NCBI GenBank assembly: GCA_017453405.1
Contig: JAFTKF010000148.1
Span: forward strand, 1 to 37,085
DNA from: Clostridia bacterium
GTDB lineage: Bacteria > Bacillota > Clostridia > Oscillospirales > CAG-272
Length of the DNA: 37,085 nucleotides
Direction: 5' to 3'
Of the stretch, positions 15,628 to 23,770 are shown piece by piece; the first letter of the stretch is position 1, and every line of letters starts with the position of its first letter. A program made the position numbers and the translations under genes. The notes beneath the pieces were generated by a model. It was not told the DNA's origin. It worked only from the letters and a program-made list of their open reading frames with translations, and made no database searches.

Positions 15628-15816
15628 GCCCATTTCAAAAGTTTTTGCAGACACAATATCTCTATCACCCATTTTCAAAAGGTTTTAGAAAGGTGGAGCT
15701 GTAAACAGCTCCGAAAAATTTTTCAAAAAGTTTACCAAGAAAAACAAACCCTTTATCGCAAATCAGCCGTTGTCAAACGCTCACAATTCCTTCAAGCGTT
15801 TGACAACGGCGCATTT
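15628..15816 (+). repeat. Repeat C, copy 2: conserved 3'-UTR element
   Basis: Starts 2 nt after the stop at 15626. The 39-bp units start at 15629 and 15668. Hairpin ii lies at 15695-15712 and hairpin i at 15766-15810. Confidence 0.8.
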
Positions 15817-15823
15817 TTATTTT
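15766..15823 (+). terminator. Rho-independent terminator (hairpin i of repeat C)
   Basis: gccgttgtcaaacgc (15766-15780) pairs with gcgtttgacaacggc (15796-15810), followed by gcatttttatttt. Confidence 0.8.
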
Positions 15824-15925
15824 CCCTGCGGTAACTGTTTAGACGATCGATATTTCATACCCCAAACAGACACTTCGCATCCTACACCTCATCAGTAGGC
15901 TATGCTTTCCCATCTAGGAAACGCT

Positions 15926-15975
15926 GATTCAATCAGAAATTACCGCAGAAGCAAAAAGCAAGAAAATTGTAGGGA
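15926..15975 (+). repeat. Intergenic repeat B, copy 2
   Basis: gattcaatcagaaattaccgcagaagcaaaaagcaagaaaattgtaggga, in direct orientation relative to 6063-6113. Confidence 0.8.
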
Positions 15976-15990
15976 CAGGCGTCCTCTGTC
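15970..15990 (+). repeat. 21-nt module tagggacaggcgtcctctgtc, direct copy
   Basis: Matches the reverse complement of 6190-6210 at 19 of 21 positions. Confidence 0.7.
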
Positions 15991-16135
15991 AAGAGCGACA
16001 ACTTGAATTGTTTCTTTTCAAGATCAAGCGCATTTCATCATCGTTTTCTCAAGAGGAATCCTCGGCATATGACCGCAGACTTCGCACTATCTCACCGTAT
16101 CTTGTCAAAAATCTCGTCATATCCATTCAAATCCC

Positions 16136-16164
16136 TTGACAAAGGCTTTAAAATGGTGTATACT
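16136..16164 (+). promoter_or_regulatory. Consensus promoter TTGACA-17-TATACT
   Basis: ttgaca at 16136-16141 and tatact at 16159-16164. Confidence 0.7.
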
Positions 16165-16195
16165 GTGACAAGAGTGATAAGTTAGGAGAAACCGT

Positions 16196-17125
16196 ATGTG
16201 TTTGACAACCCATTTTGATTTTGAATCACAACCTGCCAAAGAGCAGAACCTTTCCTTTTCCGACAGCTCGTGGGAATTTGACCTGAAGGGGGTCTTTTTT
16301 AATCCCACCGCTTCGCCCTTCTGCACACCTGAGGGCAGCTATACCGCTCTTGCACTGCTCTTGTCCGACCAATGTCCCTTTTCGGTCAGGATCGTGCGCT
16401 TTGACGATACCTGCCGTTACCGTGTCACGGAAGAGCGTGTGTTCGGCGGATCGCTCCTTCGCCAGATCAACGATGTCAGAGATTATGTCGATATGCTCGT
16501 TGCAGACAGCACGAATGTCACCTACCCCGAAAACGCTCTGCACGAAGTGATTCTCAACGCGATCCTGCACCGCGATTACACGCTTTCTGCCGATATTTTC
16601 ATCAAGCTGTATCCCGATCAGCTGGAAATTCTCTCCCCCGGCGGTCTTTGTGAAGGGCTGACGGGCGAGGATATGGCAATGGGACTTTCCGTCTGCCGCA
16701 ATCCGCAGCTTTTCGAAATCTTCAAGCAACTGAAGCTTACCACCGGCTGTGGCGTCGGACACCGTATCCTGCTGGATGCCTACCGCAGCTTGAATACCCC
16801 CACGATCACCTGCAGTCCCCGTGCCGTCAGGGTCACGATGCCGCACGCCAATAAGGAAGTGCCCCCGCTTGCCAAAGCGCCCGCAGCACCCGTCAAGGAA
16901 GCGCCCGCAGTACCCGAAAAGACCGACACCGTCACCCCCTATACCTCCGAGGACGAAACCGTTCTCAGAATGGTACGCGCGTCGGGCAGTATCACCCGTC
17001 AGGATGTGGAAAAGGCATTCGGAACAAGCCCTTCCACCGCTTCCCGACTTCTGCGCCGTATGGCAGAAGCAGGCATCCTGAAGCCCATCGGTTCGGCAAG
17101 AAGCACCAAGTATATCTTGGCATAA
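16196..17125 (+). CDS. Putative regulator with an HATPase_c_4-like (RecG-C-like) domain and a C-terminal winged HTH; apparently lacks the usual N-terminal AlbA_2/Schlafen module
   Basis: RBS AGGAGA. Motifs: ENALHEVILNAILHRDY, LEILSPGGL, RNPQLFEIFKQLKLTTGCGVGHRILLDAY. The C-terminus ETVLRMVRASGSITRQDVEKAFGTSPSTASRLLRRMAEAGILK is MarR-like. Confidence 0.6.
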   Translation: MCLTTHFDFESQPAKEQNLSFSDSSWEFDLKGVFFNPTASPFCTPEGSYTALALLLSDQCPFSVRIVRFDDTCRYRVTEERVFGGSLLRQINDVRDYVDMLVADSTNVTYPENALHEVILNAILHRDYTLSADIFIKLYPDQLEILSPGGLCEGLTGEDMAMGLSVCRNPQLFEIFKQLKLTTGCGVGHRILLDAYRSLNTPTITCSPRAVRVTMPHANKEVPPLAKAPAAPVKEAPAVPEKTDTVTPYTSEDETVLRMVRASGSITRQDVEKAFGTSPSTASRLLRRMAEAGILKPIGSARSTKYILA

Positions 17126-17161
17126 CGCACCAAATCTCGCCATATGCAGTCATTTTTACAT

Positions 17162-17210
17162 AAAACACGCCATATCCCGTCAAATTGACGGGATATGGCG
17201 TGTTTTATTT
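17162..17210. terminator. Bidirectional rho-independent terminator between convergent genes
   Basis: aaaacacgccatatcccgtc (17162-17181) pairs with gacgggatatggcgtgtttt (17187-17206), with A/T runs on both sides. Confidence 0.85.
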
Positions 17211-17225
17211 TCCACTACGCACCAA

Positions 17226-17786
17226 TTATGTCAATTGCTGTGCCGCTTGGCGTATGACCTCGGTAACCGCTTGGGCACAGCAGGCAATCCCTGCCTCGGA
17301 CAGATGAATGGTATCCTCACAGATATAGGCATCAAGATCCTGCGCTACCAGCGAATACAGATCGTTGATCCAAACGCCGCGTGCGCGAAGAAGCGGAACG
17401 ATCCTGTCGTTATACCGCTTGATGTCCTCGTTTTTATTAAAGGTATTTTTCGGACTGACAGGTGTTGTGGTCGCGAAAATAACCCTGTCATAGCGTGACA
17501 GCAAAATGTCGGCAATCCGAAGCATCGTTGCCTCATATTCCTCTTCCGAGGTGAACAGCGCACCGTCCCCGAACAGCTCGCAGGAATCCCACAAGCCATT
17601 GTTCCAATGCACGATACGGCTTCCCGCCATATCCCCCTGCCAATCATACAAACAGCGAAGGGTATACTTGGCATATCTGCCGTTGTCCCCCGAGGAAAAG
17701 ATCGAGAACTCCTCCCCGAGAAGCTCTCCCACCTTCGGCGCATATTGCATCCGTATCGAATCGCCAAGAAATGCCACTTGAATCAT
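17226..17786 (-). CDS. SGNH/GDSL hydrolase family esterase
   Basis: Start at MIQVAFLGDSI (ATG at 17784-17786) after RBS AAAGGGG. The track start at 17831 lies upstream of the -10 box. Motifs: FLGDS, WNNGLWD, DTIHLSEAG. Confidence 0.8.
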   Translation of the reverse strand: MIQVAFLGDSIRMQYAPKVGELLGEEFSIFSSGDNGRYAKYTLRCLYDWQGDMAGSRIVHWNNGLWDSCELFGDGALFTSEEEYEATMLRIADILLSRYDRVIFATTTPVSPKNTFNKNEDIKRYNDRIVPLLRARGVWINDLYSLVAQDLDAYICEDTIHLSEAGIACCAQAVTEVIRQAAQQLT

Positions 17787-17821
17787 TGTAAACGCCCCTT
17801 TCGAACGGTTATTCTGATCGT

Positions 17822-17850
17822 ATTCTACCATACAACACGGGTAAAGTCAA
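17822..17850 (-). promoter_or_regulatory. Promoter TTGACT-17-TAGAAT
   Basis: On the minus strand, ttgact is the complement of 17845-17850 and tagaat is the complement of 17822-17827. Confidence 0.6.
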
Positions 17851-17939
17851 CAAAACCCGTCGGCTTATGCCCGAAAACGGTGCATTTTTTAGTAAGACAA
17901 GCGTTTTCGCCTCAGCGAGCACACCCGAGGCATCGTGCA

Positions 17940-18251
17940 TCAATCGTCCGACTTGCCGTCGGCGGTGTTTTGGCGCTTGGGATTGGCGGGAAACCAGCCC
18001 TTTCTCACACGCTCACGCTGTTCAAACAGCTCCTTGATCGACCAGAAGCAGGAACAGCCGGTCACACCGAGCGCGGAGGACAAAATGGGATTTTCAATAA
18101 AGAGCGAAAGTGTCACGAAGATCATACCCAACACCAAAAAAAGTGGCCAGATCTTGCAGGAAAAATAGTATTCGCATTTGATGACGATGGGGTGAAACAG
18201 CCCGATCGCGAGAAACGTGATCACAGCAATGATCAATCCGGTACTATGCAT
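17940..18251 (-). CDS. Small membrane protein (DUF4491-like)
   Basis: Start at MHSTGLIIAVITFLAIGLFHPIVIKCEYYF after RBS GAGGAG, 10 nt downstream of the preceding stop. Confidence 0.55.
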   Translation of the reverse strand: MHSTGLIIAVITFLAIGLFHPIVIKCEYYFSCKIWPLFLVLGMIFVTLSLFIENPILSSALGVTGCSCFWSIKELFEQRERVRKGWFPANPKRQNTADGKSDD

Positions 18252-18261
18252 CGGTAACTCC

Positions 18262-19071
18262 TCAGGAATTGGATTTTGGGGGAATCGTCTTGACAAAGAT
18301 TGCCATAGACAAAAGAAAGCCCGCATACAAAACGCCAAGCAGGATCAGCCCGACAAGGCTGTTTCTGACAAGAAAGGCGGCAAGGGCGATCTGCAGTGTG
18401 ACAAATACGATCAGGCAAAGCTTGACTTTTCTTGTCAGCCCACCTGCATCGAGATAGGGTTTCAGAAAACGCTGATACAAGCGGCTTTCTTTGAATTTCA
18501 GATAGAGCCGCTGAGAGCTTGACAAAAGGGCAACGGCGGTAAGGAGATAGAGGGGCACAGTGGGAAGAATGGGAAGAAAGATCCCCAATGTGCCCAGCGA
18601 GAACGCAACTGCCCCCACCGTCAGCCATATCACCTGACGTAAGGTCAGCCGAAAGCCGCGAACGAGAAAGCGAAGCCCCGAAAGAGACAGTGCCGAGCCA
18701 AGCCCCGTGTAGAAAAAGGCAAAGAAGAAATCAGGCAGAAGCTGAAAGCCCCTGAGAACAATACCCAGTGTCATCATAAACGCCATCAGCAGATAGCCCT
18801 TCACATCAAAGAAGCGAAAAACCGAGACCCGTTCGCCCTCGTAGCCAAGAATCCGCCGCTCGTTTTTTTGCACAATGCGGTAAAACATAAAAGAAAAGCC
18901 GACAAATATCAAAGCCGCAAGCGCAAGAATCCCCACATTGCGCCACAAGGCGTCGGGATTCCATAAAGATATAACAGCGAGAACGCCAATACGGGCAATA
19001 TTGACCCCCGCCGCAAGCCAGATGATCCCCGCAATGAAGAGGAGGACGCGTTTTTTAACCTTTACCATCAT
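18262..19071 (-). CDS. Polytopic membrane protein with a YbaN/DUF454-like C-terminal half
   Basis: 269 aa. The segment GIFLPILPTVPLYLLTAVALLSSSQRLYLKF is YbaN-like. The N-terminal half is unassigned. Confidence 0.6.
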   Translation of the reverse strand: MMVKVKKRVLLFIAGIIWLAAGVNIARIGVLAVISLWNPDALWRNVGILALAALIFVGFSFMFYRIVQKNERRILGYEGERVSVFRFFDVKGYLLMAFMMTLGIVLRGFQLLPDFFFAFFYTGLGSALSLSGLRFLVRGFRLTLRQVIWLTVGAVAFSLGTLGIFLPILPTVPLYLLTAVALLSSSQRLYLKFKESRLYQRFLKPYLDAGGLTRKVKLCLIVFVTLQIALAAFLVRNSLVGLILLGVLYAGFLLSMAIFVKTIPPKSNS

Positions 19072-19125
19072 ACATCCTTTGTTCGGTGAATTTCATTTGG
19101 TCACATCTCCATTGCATACGATTTA

Positions 19126-19154
19126 ATTATACACAATTCATTGGGTCTTGTCAA
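19126..19154 (-). promoter_or_regulatory. Consensus promoter TTGACA-17-TATAAT for the membrane-protein operon
   Basis: On the minus strand, ttgaca is the complement of 19149-19154 and tataat is the complement of 19126-19131. Confidence 0.7.
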
Positions 19155-19362
19155 GTCCTTTCTTCCCCGCCGCGCAAAAGCACCTCTCGCACAGGCAGGT
19201 TTTTCTGCTGTCGTTTTGCATACTTTCCGCAATTTGGCACGTTCCGCAAGCGAGATATTTCTTTCGTTCACTTTGCGATTTTGTGCCAATGCGGGGCTTC
19301 ACAAAACGGTGTCGTTTTTTATCGATATCGGTTGACTTTGTCACAAAAAAGAACAAAATCGC

Positions 19363-19391
19363 TTGAAATTGATGGGGGTTTGTGATATACT
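19363..19391 (+). promoter_or_regulatory. Promoter TTGAAA-17-TATACT
   Basis: ttgaaa at 19363-19368 and tatact at 19386-19391. The promoter lies inside the longest-ORF extension, so the real start codon must be downstream. Confidence 0.65.
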
Positions 19392-19473
19392 GATAAAAAC
19401 GTGTGATGACACCGATACACAACCGCCAAGGACGGCAGAGACATCCTGCCGCCAAAACAAACGGGAGATGTTT

Positions 19474-20697
19474 ATGAAAAACAGTGCTGATATGACCACG
19501 CTGTCACGGTATATGTACCGCACCGCGACAAGCAAAAAGCTGTCCTTGCAGAATGCCGTCAAGCTGCTGCAAAGCACCGCCTACGTGCGCACAACTAAGG
19601 ATATTCTGATGAAATTTTCCCGTCTTGACCCCGCAAAGGAGTCCGAGCTGCAGGCATATGTCTTGGATGCCTTGCTGAAGACATCGGATGCGATCGGTCG
19701 GGACAGTCTGCGCCGTAAGGTCAGCATCTGGATCAAGGAAGGCGGCGCGATCGGCAAGGATGCCGCCATTCAGCTTGCCTTTGCCTTCGGGCTTTCGCAC
19801 GATCAGGCAGATGAGCTTTTGAAATACACACGCTCCGAAGGCTTTCACTGGCGCGATCCCGAAGATATCGTGTTCAGCTATGCCCTTCTCAAAGGGCTGT
19901 CCTATCAAAAGGCGTGTGAGCTGAAGGACCGTATGGCGCAAGCAGGCTTGCTAAGCCCCGTGGACACGGGCGCGGAAGCCGCGGTGGCAAGAACCGAGCA
20001 GATCCGGCAAAAAGCAGAGAATCTTGACAGCGAAGAGGAATTGATCGCCTTTCTGACAGCCAACCAAAGCAGCTTGGGCACGCTTCATAACACGGCGTAT
20101 GGCTACTTCACACAATACCTGAAGCTCCTGCAAGAGCCTGAGCCGGACCATTCCTTTACCGATGCGTGGTTTTCGGAGCAAGACGGCAAAAAGCCCTCGG
20201 AGGAATACGACGCGTTCGGTCGGTTTGATACCTATTCCATCCGCGATGTGCTGATCGAATACCTTCACAGCGAGCGTATTCCGAAGGAATCACGCCCCCG
20301 AAAGGACAAGCAAACGAGTGAGCGATCAGCACTGATCCTTTCCGCGATGCAAAAGAGCATCCGCAACCACTGGCCGGACGAGATCGCCCTATCCAAAATG
20401 AAAAACCGTGCGACAGATGTCACACGAAAGGTTTTGATCCTCTTATTCATAGCAACCGACGGCTATGCCGTCACCGAATATGATGAGTTTGAAACCGATC
20501 TGTCCCGCGAGGAAGAATTTGAGGATATGTACGAGCGTATGAACAATATGCTGAACGAATGCGGCTTTGCGCCCCTTGATCCCCGCGCGCCCTTTGACTG
20601 GATGATGCTGTTCTGTATGTGCGCAGGCGCAAAGGATTTTATCGATCTCCGCATTGAACGCTTCTTACAGGCAATCTTCCCCGATACGCCCCAATAA
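19474..20697 (+). CDS. Hypothetical cytosolic protein (407 aa), no domain recognised
   Basis: Start at MKNSADM, 5 nt after GGGAGA. No TM helix or signal peptide. Acidic, helical-looking sequence (…FHWRDPEDIVFSYALLKGLSYQKACEL…, …LDPRAPFDWMMLFCM…). Confidence 0.6.
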   Translation: MKNSADMTTLSRYMYRTATSKKLSLQNAVKLLQSTAYVRTTKDILMKFSRLDPAKESELQAYVLDALLKTSDAIGRDSLRRKVSIWIKEGGAIGKDAAIQLAFAFGLSHDQADELLKYTRSEGFHWRDPEDIVFSYALLKGLSYQKACELKDRMAQAGLLSPVDTGAEAAVARTEQIRQKAENLDSEEELIAFLTANQSSLGTLHNTAYGYFTQYLKLLQEPEPDHSFTDAWFSEQDGKKPSEEYDAFGRFDTYSIRDVLIEYLHSERIPKESRPRKDKQTSERSALILSAMQKSIRNHWPDEIALSKMKNRATDVTRKVLILLFIATDGYAVTEYDEFETDLSREEEFEDMYERMNNMLNECGFAPLDPRAPFDWMMLFCMCAGAKDFIDLRIERFLQAIFPDTPQ

Positions 20698-20704
20698 CCC
20701 TTCC

Positions 20705-20729
20705 CCAAGCGGAAACGCTTTTTAAAACC
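20705..20729 (+). repeat. 25-bp perfect direct repeat, left copy (ccaagcggaaacgctttttaaaacc)
   Basis: Identical to 25114-25138, and the flanking bases differ on both sides. Contains the mini-hairpin aagcg-gaa-cgctt followed by T5. Confidence 0.95.
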
Positions 20730-20767
20730 GTCAGAGACAACGTGGTATCCTACAACCGCGACGATAA

Positions 20768-20808
20768 AACCGCTCTCCCGCACAAAGGCATCTGTCGGGA
20801 GAGCGGTT
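20768..20808 (+). promoter_or_regulatory. Strong leader hairpin 10 nt upstream of the kinase-NACHT RBS
   Basis: aaccgctctcccg (20768-20780) pairs with cgggagagcggtt (20796-20808) around a 15-nt loop. No clear U-tract follows. Confidence 0.5.
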
Positions 20809-20830
20809 GTGATACACAGGAGGTGTCATT

Positions 20831-23770
20831 ATGGATCTCAGAACCGCTTTGCCAAACGGCTCGCAGTTACAGTTTCCCTCAATGACGGTAACGCTGGAAT
20901 GCGAGGTCGGGCGTGGCTCTAATGCCATCGTATACCGAGGAACGTATCCCGATCTGCAAAGCCATACGCTTCATCATATTCTGATTAAAGAACTCTTTCC
21001 CCTTCATCCCGAGGCAAGGATCTACCGAACCGAGGATGGCTCGCTTTGCTATGCGGAGGCTGAGGACTTTTTTCGCTTTCACAAGCTGAGCTTTGAGAAA
21101 GGCAATACCGTCCATCTGAAGATCTTATCGCACAGTCCCGACGGCGCAGGCGGCAATGTCAATACCTTCTCTTATAACCGCACGCTGTATACGGTGCTGC
21201 AGTATAACGGCGGCAGAAGTCTTGCCGACGAGCTTGACGCCCATACCTTCACACTCGCGCAGGTCGTCAAAGCGATGAAAGGCATTTTGTACGCGCTGAG
21301 GGATTTCCACCAAAACGGCTTTCTTCATCTGGATATCGCGCCCGACAATATTATGCTTCTCGGCACAAATGAGCGCGAGCGCATTATGCTGATCGATTAT
21401 AACAGCGCCATGGAGCAGTCGGTATGGCAAACGCATTTCAGTATCAAGCAAGGCTATTCCGCCCCCGAGGTACAGCGCGGCGATGTCGCCGCCTTTACCC
21501 CTGCCACCGATCTCTATTCGGTTGCCGCCGTCTTTTTCAGATGCATCAGGGGATATGCGCTTCAGCCCTTTGAAGTCCACCGGAAAACGCCCCCTGCCGT
21601 TTCTCACTGCAAGATCCTGCAGGGCTTGCCCGAGACCTGCATCAGTATGGTCAAAGAGATCCTGTATCGCGGCTTATCCGCGATCGGGGCAAGGCGCTAC
21701 GCTACCGTAGACGAAATGCTCGTTGCCTTTGAGGAGCTTGACGACCGCATCCAAGGTGTCGGCATTACCCATTGGGCGCTTTGGGAGGCAGGCAAGCGAA
21801 CCGTGCAAAGCTTGATTCAAAGCAACACCGCTCTTCGGTATCTGCGCGACGGGGAATCGCTCTTCCCTATGTTCACGCAGTCCGAGACCGATGGGCGAAA
21901 ATCAATGGATGCTTCCATCCGTGCGCTCACAGACGGCGAAAGCCATCTGTTCGTGAGTGCGCCCGGCGGTATGGGCAAAACCACCTCGATGCTTTATGCG
22001 CTTTTGCAGAGCAGTAAGCGCTATTCTCCCCAATCGCCTGCCATCGTGTATCTGTCGTTACACGGCGCTTGCGCGGATTCTCATACCGTTACCGATAAAA
22101 TTCTTGAAAATCTTCACTTCAAAGCCAATGTTCAAAACTACCGTGAGGCGCGTCACGCACTGCACCAACTGCTGACAAAGCCCTTGGTGCACGACGGCGG
22201 TACACGCCCTTGTGTCGTACTGTTCCTTGACGGGCTGAACGAAGTCAGCGAAGGCGTTTCCTATCTTCTTGACGAGATCGCCTCGCTTGCAAGGCTTGAC
22301 GGCATCCGACTGTACATCACCTCGCGCACCGACTGCGCGCTTGAGGGCTTTCGTCACCTGCAGCTCTCACCTCTCACGCTTGGCGAGGTACAGACCGTCC
22401 TCACACGCCATCACTTGCTGATGCCCGATTCCCCCACGATGCAAGAGCTTTTGAGAACACCGATCATGCTTTCGATGTTTCTCGGGCTTTCCGAGCAAAA
22501 CGGCACACAGCCGCAGGCAAAAAGCGGCGAGGAGCTGGTGGAAGCCTATCTCGACTCTCTTGTTCAGAAAGAGCTTGCCACTCTGCCCGAGGACAGCTCC
22601 CTGCGCCTGAAGATCGAAGTCGCCGTACAGCTTGTGCTTCCGAGAATTGCCGCAAGGCTTCAGAAATCGGGACTGCCCTGCGACGATGCCGCGCTGTTCA
22701 AGGAAAGCGCCGCCGCGTATCGCCTGATCCGCTCGCCCCTTCTCATTAAAGCCTTTCCGCAGTGGATCGGACACAAACGCACGATCCTCGACGGGATCGA
22801 ATCCGCCGACGACTGGTATGATATCCTTGTACGGAAATTACTGTGGCAACGGCTCGGACTGCTGATCAAAAACGAGCAAGGGCAATATGTGCTCGCGCAT
22901 CAGATCATCACCGACCATCTCGCGGCGGGGCATACCGCCATAAAAAAAAGGATTGTTCGCTATCAGGCGATCAAGCACAGCCTGATCGCTGTCATTTGCC
23001 TTGTGCTTGCGGGAGCGATCGCCCTCGCCTGTGTGAAGAGCGCTCCCGACCCCGCCATTCCCTATCAGGAATCTTACGCCATAACGGTATTGACCGACGC
23101 ATTGAACGCCTATCAGGTGTCAAGCCTGCAGTACAGCGCGATCCGCAAGCTGACCGATGCCCTTGCCGAAACGCCCGAGGCGTATGCCGCATCCCTTGCG
23201 GAATATGAGCATTCGTCAAAGTTTATCAGCGCCAACCTGCCCTCCGGCGCCTATCAGAGCCGAGTCGAGCTGCTTCTTGCAAGCGGCGAGGTGTTTGAAT
23301 GGACACAGCAGGAGCTGCAAACCGAAGAATATCTCCAATTATTCACCCTGATCGAAGAACGAGAGGTGCAATATGCCGATATCGTAGGCGCGTTTTCGTA
23401 TATGATGCACGATGATACCGTCTTTTCAAAATACGGCGAGGCGTATACAAAAACGGTGTCGGACCTCATCGAGCTTGATGCCGAGATCACCGCTACCCTG
23501 TATGCCATCGCCTGCCGCGCCCATTTGTACGCGGCAATGGATGCCTTTTCGCAAAGCGGCGACGAGGTCAAAGCAATGCACGTCAACAGCTGGACTGCCG
23601 TTTTAAGCGCAACCCATCCGATCAACGACCGTGTTCCCACCGAGGAAAGCCCCATTGCCTTACGCGACCGCTTGCAGAACCTTATGGGAAAACGAAAGGA
23701 TCAATACCTTAATTTACAAAGCCAAGGGGCTTATATTCTCTATCAAAATCAAAAGGAGACACCATCATGA
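20831..23770 (+). CDS. Protein kinase / NACHT (STAND) NTPase / TM helix / extracytoplasmic C-terminal domain protein
   Basis: RBS AGGAGG. Kinase motifs: VGRGSNAIVY, ILIKE, HLDIAPDN, DYN, SAPE. NACHT motifs: SAPGGMGKTT, VVLFLDGLNE, YITSR, LLRTPIMLSMF. TM helix SLIAVICLVLAGAIALACV at aa 717-735 (nt 22979-23035). Confidence 0.85.
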   Translation: MDLRTALPNGSQLQFPSMTVTLECEVGRGSNAIVYRGTYPDLQSHTLHHILIKELFPLHPEARIYRTEDGSLCYAEAEDFFRFHKLSFEKGNTVHLKILSHSPDGAGGNVNTFSYNRTLYTVLQYNGGRSLADELDAHTFTLAQVVKAMKGILYALRDFHQNGFLHLDIAPDNIMLLGTNERERIMLIDYNSAMEQSVWQTHFSIKQGYSAPEVQRGDVAAFTPATDLYSVAAVFFRCIRGYALQPFEVHRKTPPAVSHCKILQGLPETCISMVKEILYRGLSAIGARRYATVDEMLVAFEELDDRIQGVGITHWALWEAGKRTVQSLIQSNTALRYLRDGESLFPMFTQSETDGRKSMDASIRALTDGESHLFVSAPGGMGKTTSMLYALLQSSKRYSPQSPAIVYLSLHGACADSHTVTDKILENLHFKANVQNYREARHALHQLLTKPLVHDGGTRPCVVLFLDGLNEVSEGVSYLLDEIASLARLDGIRLYITSRTDCALEGFRHLQLSPLTLGEVQTVLTRHHLLMPDSPTMQELLRTPIMLSMFLGLSEQNGTQPQAKSGEELVEAYLDSLVQKELATLPEDSSLRLKIEVAVQLVLPRIAARLQKSGLPCDDAALFKESAAAYRLIRSPLLIKAFPQWIGHKRTILDGIESADDWYDILVRKLLWQRLGLLIKNEQGQYVLAHQIITDHLAAGHTAIKKRIVRYQAIKHSLIAVICLVLAGAIALACVKSAPDPAIPYQESYAITVLTDALNAYQVSSLQYSAIRKLTDALAETPEAYAASLAEYEHSSKFISANLPSGAYQSRVELLLASGEVFEWTQQELQTEEYLQLFTLIEEREVQYADIVGAFSYMMHDDTVFSKYGEAYTKTVSDLIELDAEITATLYAIACRAHLYAAMDAFSQSGDEVKAMHVNSWTAVLSATHPINDRVPTEESPIALRDRLQNLMGKRKDQYLNLQSQGAYILYQNQKETPS

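Noticed and set aside
16226-17143. 305-aa ORF on the - strand
   Set aside because: It is antisense to the HATPase_c_4/wHTH gene, which has a promoter, an RBS and conserved motifs. It is a shadow ORF.
19363-19473. N-terminal 37-codon extension of the 407-aa protein (track start 19363)
   Set aside because: The extension contains the TTGAAA-17-TATACT promoter itself. The Met at 19474 has a properly spaced GGGAGA.
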